Below are positions 7,802 through 16,450 of a stretch of DNA of 51,631 nucleotides, one piece after another. Position 1 is the stretch's first letter. Every line of letters begins with the position of its first letter. The position numbers were made by a program, and so were the translations under genes. The stretch lies in the IMG/VR virus record IMGVR_UViG_3300048849_000172, positions 1 through 51,631 of that record; one strand, written 5' to 3'. Under the pieces are notes generated by a model, which was not told the origin of the DNA, made no database searches, and worked only from the letters and a program-made list of their open reading frames with translations. Source of the stretch: a virus (taxonomy: Duplodnaviria > Caudoviricetes).

Positions 7802-8143
7802 TCAGGTCTTTTCGTGCGCCTTGGGATCCGGCCCCTGAGAAGCCGCCAGTGTGGCTGTCATCTCCGCATCCAGTTCCTTCGCGAGACGAGATGGAAGAGC
7901 CGACCAATCACCCAGGAACACGTAGTTGAAGTCCACCCCCTTGGCTCGGGCGAGGCGGTAAACGGCATACACTCCGGGTGGGTTGTCGCCCGCCATCCAG
8001 TTGCGGAGGACGTGCTTGGACACCCCCATCAGTGAGGCGGCTTCGACGTAGGATAGACCCAGCAAATCGATAAGCTTCCGCAGGCGAGCGCCGGCGGCGG
8101 CCTGGAAGTCAGACTGGGCCAAGACAGGAACGGCATCGGACAT
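7802..8143 (-). CDS. CI-like XRE repressor lacking S24 peptidase domain
   Basis: GARLRKL...LSYVEAASLMGVSKHVLRNWMAG HTH; divergent from cro-like gene; only 113 aa. Confidence 0.8.
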   Translation of the reverse strand: MSDAVPVLAQSDFQAAAGARLRKLIDLLGLSYVEAASLMGVSKHVLRNWMAGDNPPGVYAVYRLARAKGVDFNYVFLGDWSALPSRLAKELDAEMTATLAASQGPDPKAHEKT

Positions 8144-8192
8144 GCCGTATAGCGTGCCTTAACGCCGCGACTTTGGCGGTGAAGGAAAGTCC

Positions 8193-8228
8193 TTGCGGCG
8201 ATAGTGTAGCCAAACTACACTTCCGACA
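8193..8228 (+). promoter_or_regulatory. PR-like promoter with perfect operator
   Basis: TTGCGG (8193)-N17-TACACT (8216-8221); palindrome AGTGTAG-CCAAA-CTACACT 8203-8221; ATG 7 nt after the -10 box. Confidence 0.75.
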
Positions 8229-8473
8229 TGGGCGAAACGATGGACATTGCGGCCCGGCGCGAAGGCGCTGAGAAGGCCATCAGGGCAGCCGGTACGATCA
8301 CCGGGCTGGCTGAACACCTCGGACTGACCAAGGGCGCGATCTGGCAGTGGCGTAAGAGCGGCATCCCCGCTGATCGCGTCGCCGATGTGGCCGCCGTCAC
8401 GGGCATCCCGGCCGCCGAGCTGCGCCCCGATCTCGCCAGGGTGTTCGCGTCCGAACCGGAGCGAGCCGCCTGA
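8228..8473 (+). CDS. cro: Cro-like (YdaS-type) regulator
   Basis: AIRAAGTITGLAEHLGLTKGAIWQW...GIPAAELRPDL signature. Confidence 0.88.
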   Translation: MGETMDIAARREGAEKAIRAAGTITGLAEHLGLTKGAIWQWRKSGIPADRVADVAAVTGIPAAELRPDLARVFASEPERAA

Positions 8474-8742
8474 TGGCCCGCATCATCCACCTTCATGCGG
8501 GAATGCGCCGCGCGGGCGCAAACCCGCCGCCGGGGATGCCTGAGCCGGAGCGGTCGGCCAACGCGATCCCGGTCATACTGTCCTTCGCCATCGTCTGCTG
8601 GCTCGGGCTGATCGCACTAGTCATCACGCTGGCCAATGGACGCGTCACGCTCAAGACGGCCCTCGTCGTCATCTTTCTCTGGATCTTCGGGCTCCTGGTC
8701 ACGATTGCCGTCCAGGAGTGGCGCGCGCGAGGCGCCAAATAG
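8473..8742 (+). CDS. Two-TM membrane protein
   Basis: Two hydrophobic segments; TGATG coupling. Confidence 0.6.
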   Translation: MARIIHLHAGMRRAGANPPPGMPEPERSANAIPVILSFAIVCWLGLIALVITLANGRVTLKTALVVIFLWIFGLLVTIAVQEWRARGAK

Positions 8743-8955
8743 ATGCCGGGTGTTCCTTCCCGCCCGGCTGCACCCGGCACCGTGTCCAACACTTCTGAGG
8801 ACGTCGTAGCGGTGCTGGGCGCCCCTATCTCCATCGTTCAGCGTGAGAGGGCCGTCTTCATCCGGCCGATGCAGTGCTTCGACTGCGGCGCCGACTTCAT
8901 CCCGGCGCGCGTGCCGGCGGGTCTGCCGCTCTGCCTCGAATGCGGGGACGCCTAG
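8743..8955 (+). CDS. Small C4 zinc-finger protein
   Basis: CFDC...IPAR...LCLEC, TraR/DksA-like spacing. Confidence 0.5.
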   Translation: MPGVPSRPAAPGTVSNTSEDVVAVLGAPISIVQRERAVFIRPMQCFDCGADFIPARVPAGLPLCLECGDA

Positions 8956-9402
8956 ATGAGCGAAGCTCAGAAAGCCCCAGGCGCCTTCCGCACCATCGGC
9001 GAGGTGTCCGTCGAGCTGGGCATCGAGACGCACACGCTGCGCTTCTGGGAAAGCAAGTTCCCGCAGCTCCGGCCCATGCGACGGAGCGGTCAGCGCCGGT
9101 ACTACCGGCCAGCGGATATCGCGGTCGTTCGCGTGATCGACCGGCTGCTTCGGGTTGAGGGCTACACCATCGCTGGCGCGCGTGGCGCGCTCGTCCGCGA
9201 GGGGTACCGCGCGCCTCCTATGGGTGCGGATCGCCGTGCCGCGCAGGCGGAAGAGGGGGCGGCAACCCCCTCCGTCCAACAGTCCTGCAAGCTGAGTAGT
9301 CACGCTCTCCATGACCGCAAGGATCATGGAGAACCCGAGTGCATCACAGGTCAGATCGCGGCAACGAAATGCCGGATCGCGGAAAGGAATTTCCGCGGAT
9401 GA
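8956..9402 (+). CDS. MerR-family HTH regulator
   Basis: [30 protein letters not shown]...RRYY...EGYTIAGAR. Confidence 0.88.
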   Translation: MSEAQKAPGAFRTIGEVSVELGIETHTLRFWESKFPQLRPMRRSGQRRYYRPADIAVVRVIDRLLRVEGYTIAGARGALVREGYRAPPMGADRRAAQAEEGAATPSVQQSCKLSSHALHDRKDHGEPECITGQIAATKCRIAERNFRG

Positions 9403-9650
9403 CAGCCGCAGCCATCACCACCGAGACGCTGACGCAGACCGTCGCGCGTGTCCTGCGCCGGCACTACGGCGACTTCAAGTCGGCCGATAAGCGCGTCGCA
9501 CGCCTAGCGGGCGAGGGCGTCACGCCGAGGGCCGCCAGGAATTGGCTGTCCGGCGAATGCCCGCCTTCTTCGGCCACGCTGCTCACCCTGATGCGCCAGT
9601 GCCCCGAGCTGAGGGCCGAGATCAACGCCATGCTGGACGGGGATGCATGA
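9399..9650 (+). CDS. CII-like HTH regulator
   Basis: [26 protein letters not shown]; position after cro. Confidence 0.55.
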   Translation: MTAAAITTETLTQTVARVLRRHYGDFKSADKRVARLAGEGVTPRAARNWLSGECPPSSATLLTLMRQCPELRAEINAMLDGDA

Positions 9651-9829
9651 CCATAAAAAGGCTCTCCCTGGTAATCGAGACCGGCGACTTCGGATGGATC
9701 TGGGCGGCCGGCGAGATTCAGGTGCGCTGCCTGCGCGTTTCCTGGGCGCCAGGGTCTGTGCTGGACGAGATGAAGGCCCTGAAGGCTGCGCTGGAAGCGG
9801 CGCTGGAGAAGCTGCGGGGGCACGGGTGA
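9647..9829 (+). CDS. Hypothetical protein (60 aa)
   Basis: ATGA coupling; [11 protein letters not shown]... Confidence 0.5.
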   Translation: MTIKRLSLVIETGDFGWIWAAGEIQVRCLRVSWAPGSVLDEMKALKAALEAALEKLRGHG

Positions 9830-9910
9830 TGCCTGTCTGTTCCGGACTTCAGTGCCCCGAGAACCCCATAGATGCAGGCGCGGAGCGGGTGCGCTCCGAC
9901 CGCTCCCACT

Positions 9911-9925
9911 GTTCGTATTGTGTTC
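9911..9925. promoter_or_regulatory. Second LexA (SOS) box
   Basis: GTTC-GTATTGT-GTTC; TAGAAT at 9944-9949 just before ATG 9954. Confidence 0.6.
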
Positions 9926-9953
9926 AGCACGAACGCGGGGGCATAGAATAGCG

Positions 9954-10412
9954 ATGCAGCCCCGCTCCGCCCTCAGCATCGCCGAAGAGATCGACGGCCT
10001 CGAGATCCCGGGCATTCCGTCCCTGGCCTCGCGCAAGCCACGGTACATGCCGCGGCTGCCTAAGGGCGTGCCGGTCCCGACCGAGGACCAGGTGCAGCGA
10101 TCCATCATAGCCCTCGTCAAGCGTCTGGGCGGCAAGGCGGTCGCGGTCGAGAACGAAACCAAGCAGGAGCTCGGCCGCAACGGTATGTTCGCCCGCCGGG
10201 CGCGTGGCGTGGTGGCCGGCACGTGTGACCTCTTCACCTTCTGGCCGGGGAACATTTGCGTCCCCATCGAGTGCAAGCGGCCGGGCGGCAAGGTGAGGCC
10301 CGAGCAGGACGACTTCGTGGACATGCTGACCGGGCTGGGGTTCACGGCCGGGATCGTGGCGTCCGTGGATGAGGCGGAGGCGCTGTTCCGCAGGGCCGGG
10401 GTGGTGCGGTGA
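9954..10412 (+). CDS. VRR-NUC domain nuclease (Holliday junction resolvase-like)
   Basis: TEDQVQ...GVVAGTCDL...IECKRPGGKVRPEQ. Confidence 0.88.
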   Translation: MQPRSALSIAEEIDGLEIPGIPSLASRKPRYMPRLPKGVPVPTEDQVQRSIIALVKRLGGKAVAVENETKQELGRNGMFARRARGVVAGTCDLFTFWPGNICVPIECKRPGGKVRPEQDDFVDMLTGLGFTAGIVASVDEAEALFRRAGVVR

Positions 10413-10855
10413 ACGCGCCCCGCCCCGCCGACTTCGATTTGCTCGCCAGCACCTACGGCTACCTCGTGGCTGTGGGCGCGATCGAGCGCGAGGACGGCTG
10501 GACGGGGATGAGCCGGCTTGTGGCGGCCCGCGGCTACCCGGATGCGCTGAAGGTCGGGCATCCGCTCAGCATCGCCTGCGGCTACGAGGTGACCCAGGCC
10601 GCGCTGCGCTGGGAGATGGCCCGGAGTAAGGCTGAGCGGGCCATCCGCAAGGGCATCGGTGGCCTGATCATGGAGTGGGCCGAGCCGGAGGCCATCATCC
10701 AGCGCGCCCGCGAAGAGAACGAGGCGCACGGCGCCATGACGCGCCATGGGCCTCGCGCCCCACTTCTTGGCCACGAGGTGCGCGCCATCATCAATGAAGA
10801 GATTGCCTGGTGGCTACGCCGCCAGCCGACCAAGAGGCGCCGCAATGCCCGGTGA
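10409..10855 (+). CDS. Hypothetical replication-module protein
   Basis: 148 aa, coupled between VRR-NUC and helicase. Confidence 0.6.
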   Translation: MNAPRPADFDLLASTYGYLVAVGAIEREDGWTGMSRLVAARGYPDALKVGHPLSIACGYEVTQAALRWEMARSKAERAIRKGIGGLIMEWAEPEAIIQRAREENEAHGAMTRHGPRAPLLGHEVRAIINEEIAWWLRRQPTKRRRNAR

Positions 10856-12092
10856 CTACCTGAGCAATTATGCGGGCCTGCGGGCGCAGATCACCGGGCA
10901 GCCCGCGCTTGGTGTGCGGGTGGAGCAGGCGGACACCCCCTTTCAGGTCCGCCCCGCCAGCTTACGCGACCCGCGCAGGATCCCGCCCCGTCCTTGGCTT
11001 TACGGGCGCATCCTGGCTCGCCGGTACATCACCGTGGTGGTCGCCCCAGGCGGGGTCGGCAAGACCTCGTGGACCTTCGGTGTGGGCTGCTCGATAGCGC
11101 GGGGTCGGGGCATGCTGGGTGACTTCGTCCACGCCCGGGCCAACGTCATCTACTGCAACCTGGAAGACCCGGAAGACGAGTTCGACCGGCGCTTGGCCGC
11201 ATTCGCCCTGCACCATCGGTTCGACCAGGAAGAGCTGCGGGACCGCATACACGTCGCCCACGGACGGGAGCGCCGGCTGACCCTGGCCTCCCTGGACGCG
11301 GACGGGGTGACGATCGTCTATCCGGACAAGCAGGCCGTCATCGACGAGGTGAAGCGGACCCAGGCTGGCCTGATCATCGTCGACCCCTTCGTGAGCAGCC
11401 ACGAGCTGGAAGAGAACAGCAATCCTCACATCAACGCAGCGGCCCGTGCCTGGGCCGAAGTGGGGAATGAGGCGAACTGCGCCATCCTGCTCAGCCATCA
11501 CACACGCAAGGGAGCCGTCGCGGGCGACATCGAGAGCTCCCGTGGCGCTGTGGCGCTCACCAGCGCCGCACGCGCCGGCTTCACCCTCACAGCCATGACG
11601 GAGGATGAAGCCAAGGAGTTCGGCATCCAGGAAGGCCACCGGAAGCGCTACGTCCGTCTTGACGAGGGCAGGGGCAGCATGGCCCCGCCGGCCGACAAGG
11701 CCCGCTGGTTCGAGCTCGCGAGCGTCAACCTGGGCAATGGCACCGACGAGTACCCCGATGGCGACAGCGTCCAGGCCATCGCTGAATGGGAGCCGCCTTC
11801 CGTTTGGAAGGAGCTATCGCCGCAGGACTGCAATGCGGTCCTCGACATCATCCAGGCCGGCTTCGGCGAGGGGCAGAAGTTCACTGCCACCCGATCCGGC
11901 AAGTCGTTTGAGACCGGTCGTTGGGCGGGCTGCGTGCTCATGCAGCACCACGGCCTGAACGACACCCAGGCGGCGAAGGTGATCAAGACCTGGGTCTCCA
12001 ACCGGGTGCTCGAAGAGGTGACCTACCGCGACCCGGTGCAGCGGAAAGAGGTCTCCGGCCTGAGCGTGAACAACGCCAGGAGGCCCACATGA
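10845..12092 (+). CDS. RecA-fold AAA (RepA/SF4-like) replicative helicase
   Basis: Walker A APGGVGKT, NLED, Walker B LIIVDP, SHHTRK, SRGAVALTSAAR. Confidence 0.88.
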   Translation: MPGDYLSNYAGLRAQITGQPALGVRVEQADTPFQVRPASLRDPRRIPPRPWLYGRILARRYITVVVAPGGVGKTSWTFGVGCSIARGRGMLGDFVHARANVIYCNLEDPEDEFDRRLAAFALHHRFDQEELRDRIHVAHGRERRLTLASLDADGVTIVYPDKQAVIDEVKRTQAGLIIVDPFVSSHELEENSNPHINAAARAWAEVGNEANCAILLSHHTRKGAVAGDIESSRGAVALTSAARAGFTLTAMTEDEAKEFGIQEGHRKRYVRLDEGRGSMAPPADKARWFELASVNLGNGTDEYPDGDSVQAIAEWEPPSVWKELSPQDCNAVLDIIQAGFGEGQKFTATRSGKSFETGRWAGCVLMQHHGLNDTQAAKVIKTWVSNRVLEEVTYRDPVQRKEVSGLSVNNARRPT

Positions 12093-12100
12093 TGACGCAA

Positions 12101-12271
12101 GAACGGCGCGCAGAACGGCGCAAGAATGGCGCACTTTGGACCACCGAGGGGCGGCTTGCGCCGTTGCGCCGTTCCTCCGGCCCAGAGGGCCGGGGGGAAC
12201 GGCGGCGAAGCACGGCGCAGCACGCCGCCCCCGAGGGGGAACGGCGCAGGGAATGGCGCAAGAACGGCGCA
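12101..12271. repeat. Iteron-like repeat cluster, putative replication origin
   Basis: About 10 copies of GAAYGGCGC(A), direct and inverted, directly after the helicase. Confidence 0.6.
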
Positions 12272-12285
12272 GGAGTAATGGTCTA

Positions 12286-12519
12286 ATGCCCCGCCCGCCC
12301 TGGAAGTCCCCGACGCAGGAGAAGCCGCGCGCGGCTGGCCTCGACTGGCACCGGGTGGACCGGGCCGTGGATCTGCTGCGGAGGGGCGCGACGGAGGGCA
12401 AGGGCCCGGCCGGGATGATCGCCCTCATCATCGACGGTCGAGCCGAGAGCAGCTTCCAGCCGGCCACGCTCAAGGCTGCGAAGGCGCGGCTGGCCGAGGA
12501 GGTGCTGTTCCATGGCTGA
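12286..12519 (+). CDS. Hypothetical protein
   Basis: AGGAG RBS, MPRPPWKS... Confidence 0.55.
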   Translation: MPRPPWKSPTQEKPRAAGLDWHRVDRAVDLLRRGATEGKGPAGMIALIIDGRAESSFQPATLKAAKARLAEEVLFHG

Positions 12520-12730
12520 CCTCACCCCAGCTGAGTTCGGCCGCCAGGTCGCCCGACAGGAAGCTGCGTACGTCTTCGATCGCCTGCTGTTCGACATGGA
12601 CATGTCGGCCCGTGCCCAGGCAGCCACGGGCGTTCCGTTGGCGCCCGATGACGCCGTGTTCGTCGCTGCCAAGAGGGCGTTCCTCCAGGCCATGCACGAC
12701 CGGCTGGGTGGGAAGGGGGAGGGGACGTGA
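12512..12730 (+). CDS. Hypothetical protein
   Basis: GGAGG RBS, 72 aa. Confidence 0.6.
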   Translation: MADLTPAEFGRQVARQEAAYVFDRLLFDMDMSARAQAATGVPLAPDDAVFVAAKRAFLQAMHDRLGGKGEGT

Positions 12731-12815
12731 CCGGCCGGCCCCACCGCCTCAGCCGCGAACGCTGCCAGCTCCGCGACACCATTCGAATGACTAGAAATAA
12801 CGAGGGAAACCGTTG

Positions 12816-13376
12816 ATGGCGCGTCGTAAGCAGAAGCGGGCCGTGGCCTTGGCTCTCGTGGGCGACTATGGCCCGTCCATCCGGCGCGGGAAGGCGTCCG
12901 CAGGGCTTCCCAAGGCCGTGGAGGTCGTAGACCGTCCGGACCCGGAGGCGCCGCAGGGCGTGTCTGTGCGCGGCGCCAGGCGGGTTTGCTACTACGACGA
13001 GCTGTGGCGCCGCGGCACGATCGACGATGCCCAGCGCGAGGCCTGCGACCGCTACCTGATGGAGAGCGAGATGGAGCAGGGCGCGCGGAACCGGCCAATC
13101 ATCTCCACCGGCCGGACGCCGCCTTGGCAGCACGGGCATCCCGCCGAGATGCAGGTCAGGGCGGCTGCCAGCCTCCGCGGAGCGCGGGCCGCAGTTGGAA
13201 ACAACGGCCGGGCACTATGCGATCTGCTCATCGTGCAGAACCTGTCCGTGCGGAAAATTTCAGAGCGGAGAAAGAACCGGGAGGGCAAGCAGGAGGATCA
13301 GAAGCAGACGATGGGGCAGGTTCAGGCCACGCTCACCCGCCTGGCTGAGCACTGGCGAGTGAGCAGTCGACGCTAG
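12816..13376 (+). CDS. Putative late-gene regulator (Q-like position, C-terminal HTH)
   Basis: LWRRGTIDDAQREA..Y and LIVQNLSVRKI...LTRLAEHW; last early gene. Confidence 0.6.
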   Translation: MARRKQKRAVALALVGDYGPSIRRGKASAGLPKAVEVVDRPDPEAPQGVSVRGARRVCYYDELWRRGTIDDAQREACDRYLMESEMEQGARNRPIISTGRTPPWQHGHPAEMQVRAAASLRGARAAVGNNGRALCDLLIVQNLSVRKISERRKNREGKQEDQKQTMGQVQATLTRLAEHWRVSSRR

Positions 13377-13756
13377 TTCGTTAGCGGTTGCGTATACGAG
13401 GCTGCATGAATTCCGCCACTTCTGTGTTCACCGTGCCGCTGCCCAGCCAGCCATCGGCCTAAAGGTCAACTCGCTCGCAATGCCGTCTGGCGCCGTCAGA
13501 CAAGGTCATGTCCCCTGAAACCAAAAGGCCGGAGCCGTGCGCTCTCGATACAGTTCGTCGACCAACCATGCTCCCGTGCCTAGCTGGCGGCGAATGAGCC
13601 GGACACATCGCGAGGTAAGCCATATGCGAGGTAACGGGCGAGTGAGCGCGGCAATAGTGCTACGCGCCCATCCGTGTCATTCTACGACAAGAATATCTTG
13701 CCGACCGCTGCTCACCGTGCTGTCCTTCGAACAGAAATCGGCTTTCGGAGCACGCC

Positions 13757-14842
13757 GTGAAGCTTTGTGCGCCCACTGCTCTCGTCCTTGCCCTGGCACC
13801 AACCTTGGCTAAGGCGCAGGACCAGTGCTCTGAGATCCTCCGCTGGGGCATTTGGGAGAATTCCTCGACCAACTCCAGTGCCGCCGAGGACGAGCGGCGT
13901 ACCAATTGGGCCTGCAACGCCTCGCAGAATGCAGGTCGGACTGACGGCGGCTTCAGATACGGCTCGCTCGATATAACGGGCAGTGACACAAGGTCATCGA
14001 GTTCCAACGCCTGCACCTGGGACGGCCGCTCGTGGCGCATGTCGACGGTGTTCTCCCAAACGGTTCGCCGAGCCTCCCCCGAAATCGCCCGTGCCTGGGA
14101 GAGTTGCATCAACGGTTCCGCGTTTGGCGGGCGGGCCTCGATCATCTACGGTGCCGATCCGAGAACCTTCTCGATTGTCCTCCGAGTTAACGGACCGGCG
14201 GAAAACCGCGGCACGGCGCGGATCAGTTTCCTGAGCAGTGGCGGCCCGTCGGCAGTACAATGCAGCGTCAACCGAGATACGTTGTCGCAAGGGTTGGTAG
14301 TGACTGGCCGGGAGGATATTGGCTGCATCCGTGATAAGCTCGAAACGCCGGTTACCGTGACGGTCAACTACTCAGGAGGGCTCGGCGCTACTACACTACG
14401 GCTGCCGGCTATAATGCCACCGCCACCTGCACCTCGCGTTCAGAGGAACACTATCAGCATCAGAGCTGTCGATTATTCAGACGGGCACAAAGTCGCACCC
14501 GCAAGTGGGCCCGTCGCAGGTTACGGTGACGTTCTCCTCAACGCTCCTCCCTATAGAGATCCTGTAAACTCTGCTCAGTGGCGCGTGGACGCGCCGGTAG
14601 CTGGCCGATACCGCCTCGAGGTGGAGTTGGCCTCGGTGGTGCCTCGCCCGGTTGATATCACCGTAAACGGGGTTCTGCGACGGCGTATGCTAAATGTTGC
14701 TACGGGAGGTTGGAACATCGAACATCAAAGATTTGTAGAGGTAGACATCTTCCAATTACAGCAGGGTAGCAATCTGGTCGAGTTCTCCACCCAAGACGTT
14801 TTCCCGCACCTACGCACGTTGCGCTTCATTCCGGTCGAGTAG
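13757..14842 (+). CDS. Secreted protein with C-terminal CBM6/CBM35-like carbohydrate-binding domain (moron)
   Basis: Signal peptide ending AKA, PPPPAP linker, APVAGRYRLEV...VNG...TGGW...LQQGSN. Confidence 0.7.
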   Translation: MKLCAPTALVLALAPTLAKAQDQCSEILRWGIWENSSTNSSAAEDERRTNWACNASQNAGRTDGGFRYGSLDITGSDTRSSSSNACTWDGRSWRMSTVFSQTVRRASPEIARAWESCINGSAFGGRASIIYGADPRTFSIVLRVNGPAENRGTARISFLSSGGPSAVQCSVNRDTLSQGLVVTGREDIGCIRDKLETPVTVTVNYSGGLGATTLRLPAIMPPPPAPRVQRNTISIRAVDYSDGHKVAPASGPVAGYGDVLLNAPPYRDPVNSAQWRVDAPVAGRYRLEVELASVVPRPVDITVNGVLRRRMLNVATGGWNIEHQRFVEVDIFQLQQGSNLVEFSTQDVFPHLRTLRFIPVE

Positions 14843-15212
14843 AACAGCGTCTAAGCACTCTTTCACCTACCAGATCGTGTGGAAACAGTCCGGTTGCCGC
14901 ACCAGCAATCACCGCTGATGAACTACCGGCGCCGCGCGATGTGTTCACTCGGCGACAAATGCGGCCCCGCCGTGGCAGCTTTCAAGCATCCCTGCCTCTC
15001 ATCCATTCATTCTCGGCCGAAGCCAGCGGTCACCCGGGCCGGCCGCCCCGAAGGCAGACCATGCGGCGGGCAGAGACGCTTCAAAGCGGCGACGCCTGGT
15101 CCTTGACCATGAGCCACGTGAACGTTATTGGTAAAGCATCTTGGAATTGCGCGCCCGGAGCCCATCGGCCTAGGGCGCTGTTCATTTCTGGCCCCGGCAG
15201 CATGGATCTGGG

Positions 15213-15458
15213 CTAGCCCATCGGCAATTCGCCAGCATCTAGCCAAGCATCGATTGCCGCCACGGCCGCATCCAAATGGCTAAGGCCGCCCCATGCCACC
15301 TGTGGAGCGCCACTGACGCTCGCCAAGCTGACGACGAAGTTTGAACCAGCGGCATTCGAGTGAATGGTGGCGCCCCGGTACTCGTAGATGGGGCCGGTCG
15401 TGTCAGAGGCAGGGGCAACCAGGCGAGGCTCAGGCTTCGGCGCAGACTTGGTATGCAT
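15213..15458 (-). CDS. Hypothetical protein
   Basis: 81 aa from MHTKSAP; protein-like composition. Confidence 0.5.
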   Translation of the reverse strand: MHTKSAPKPEPRLVAPASDTTGPIYEYRGATIHSNAAGSNFVVSLASVSGAPQVAWGGLSHLDAAVAAIDAWLDAGELPMG

Positions 15459-15721
15459 GGCTTGTCCAGAGGAAGGTGAAGCAAGCGGCTCCTGCTTCGA
15501 GTGGCGGGCAGGTGGTGAGCGCTGATGGCCGTTGCTGGGCGACAACAAGATCTTTTGGCCATACGTGTGGCGGGCTGCCACATTGTTGCCCATTCGACTG
15601 GCCAGTGAAGGCTGAGGAACTCGAAGACACAGCCTTACGAAGGCCTTCAAAGCGGGCAGGCCAAGGTGGGCGCCTAAACATAACCTCGCGCCCGACGGCC
15701 TCGTTGGCCCAGCCGCCTCTT

Positions 15722-16000
15722 TCAGAGCCTCTGATCGCCCTGAGAAAGGTTTGCGATCTCCGCGTTGATCACTCTGGTCATGGCTGCACCGAGAACAGCA
15801 CCGAGCGTGACGCGATCGATCAGTATGCCTGCGGGGTGCTCGCCGTGAGGGGCGGCACGGAGGACGAGATCGATCTCGTCTCTGATGGCCCTGGCCATTG
15901 TCAGGCGCTCGGAACGATCTTTGGCGGTCGACAGCTGACGCCCGATTGCACGGACAAACGCATCCTCCAACTTAGAGGAGGGCAGGTGACCGTTAGTCAT
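15722..16000 (-). CDS. Small helical protein, paralog of 16205..16450
   Basis: LEDAFVRAIGRQL...ERL.M..AIR.EI..VL..AP.G shared pattern. Confidence 0.65.
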   Translation of the reverse strand: MTNGHLPSSKLEDAFVRAIGRQLSTAKDRSERLTMARAIRDEIDLVLRAAPHGEHPAGILIDRVTLGAVLGAAMTRVINAEIANLSQGDQRL

Positions 16001-16204
16001 CTCTCTGTTCCGGAAACCTGCAGCGGGAATTGCCACAGCGCGGGGTTAAAGGTCCGTTACATTTCGCAACTCAGGGCTGCAATGAATTTTATGTAACACT
16101 ATGTAACGGGTGCCGCATCGGGCCGAGTTTTGGACGGGGACGCGAAGCCAGTGGCCGGCCCTTGCGCCCTGGCGCTCTGCGGACCTCAGCTCCGGTGAAG
16201 CAAG

Positions 16205-16450
16205 TCAGTCGTCATCCATCAGGCGGTCCAATGCTGACTTAACCGCTACGGCCAGCGAGGCTCGCAGCGCAATCTCCTGACAGGCGTCTGCTCCCGTCGG
16301 AGCAGATACAAGAACATGATGCAGCTGACGGCGCATGGCCTGGACCAATGCGAGGCGCTCCGCCGGATCATCTACCAGCGTCAACTGCTTCCGGATGGCA
16401 CGTAGTACAATGTTCTCCAGCAAGGTGGAGTGCAGCTTAGTAGTGCCCAT
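16205..16450 (-). CDS. Small helical protein, paralog of 15722..16000
   Basis: LENIVLRAIRKQL...ERL.L..AMR.QL..VL..AP.G. Confidence 0.65.
   Translation of the reverse strand: MGTTKLHSTLLENIVLRAIRKQLTLVDDPAERLALVQAMRRQLHHVLVSAPTGADACQEIALRASLAVAVKSALDRLMDDD

Noticed and set aside
9829-9951. 40-aa Cys-containing ORF
   Set aside because: Overlaps the LexA box and promoter-like elements; may be incidental
12089-12286. ORF MMTQERRAERRKNG...
   Set aside because: Peptide repeats merely reflect the iteron DNA repeats; coding status unsupported
13377-13750. Possible minus-strand pseudogene after the late regulator
   Set aside because: Frames interrupted and no recognisable family
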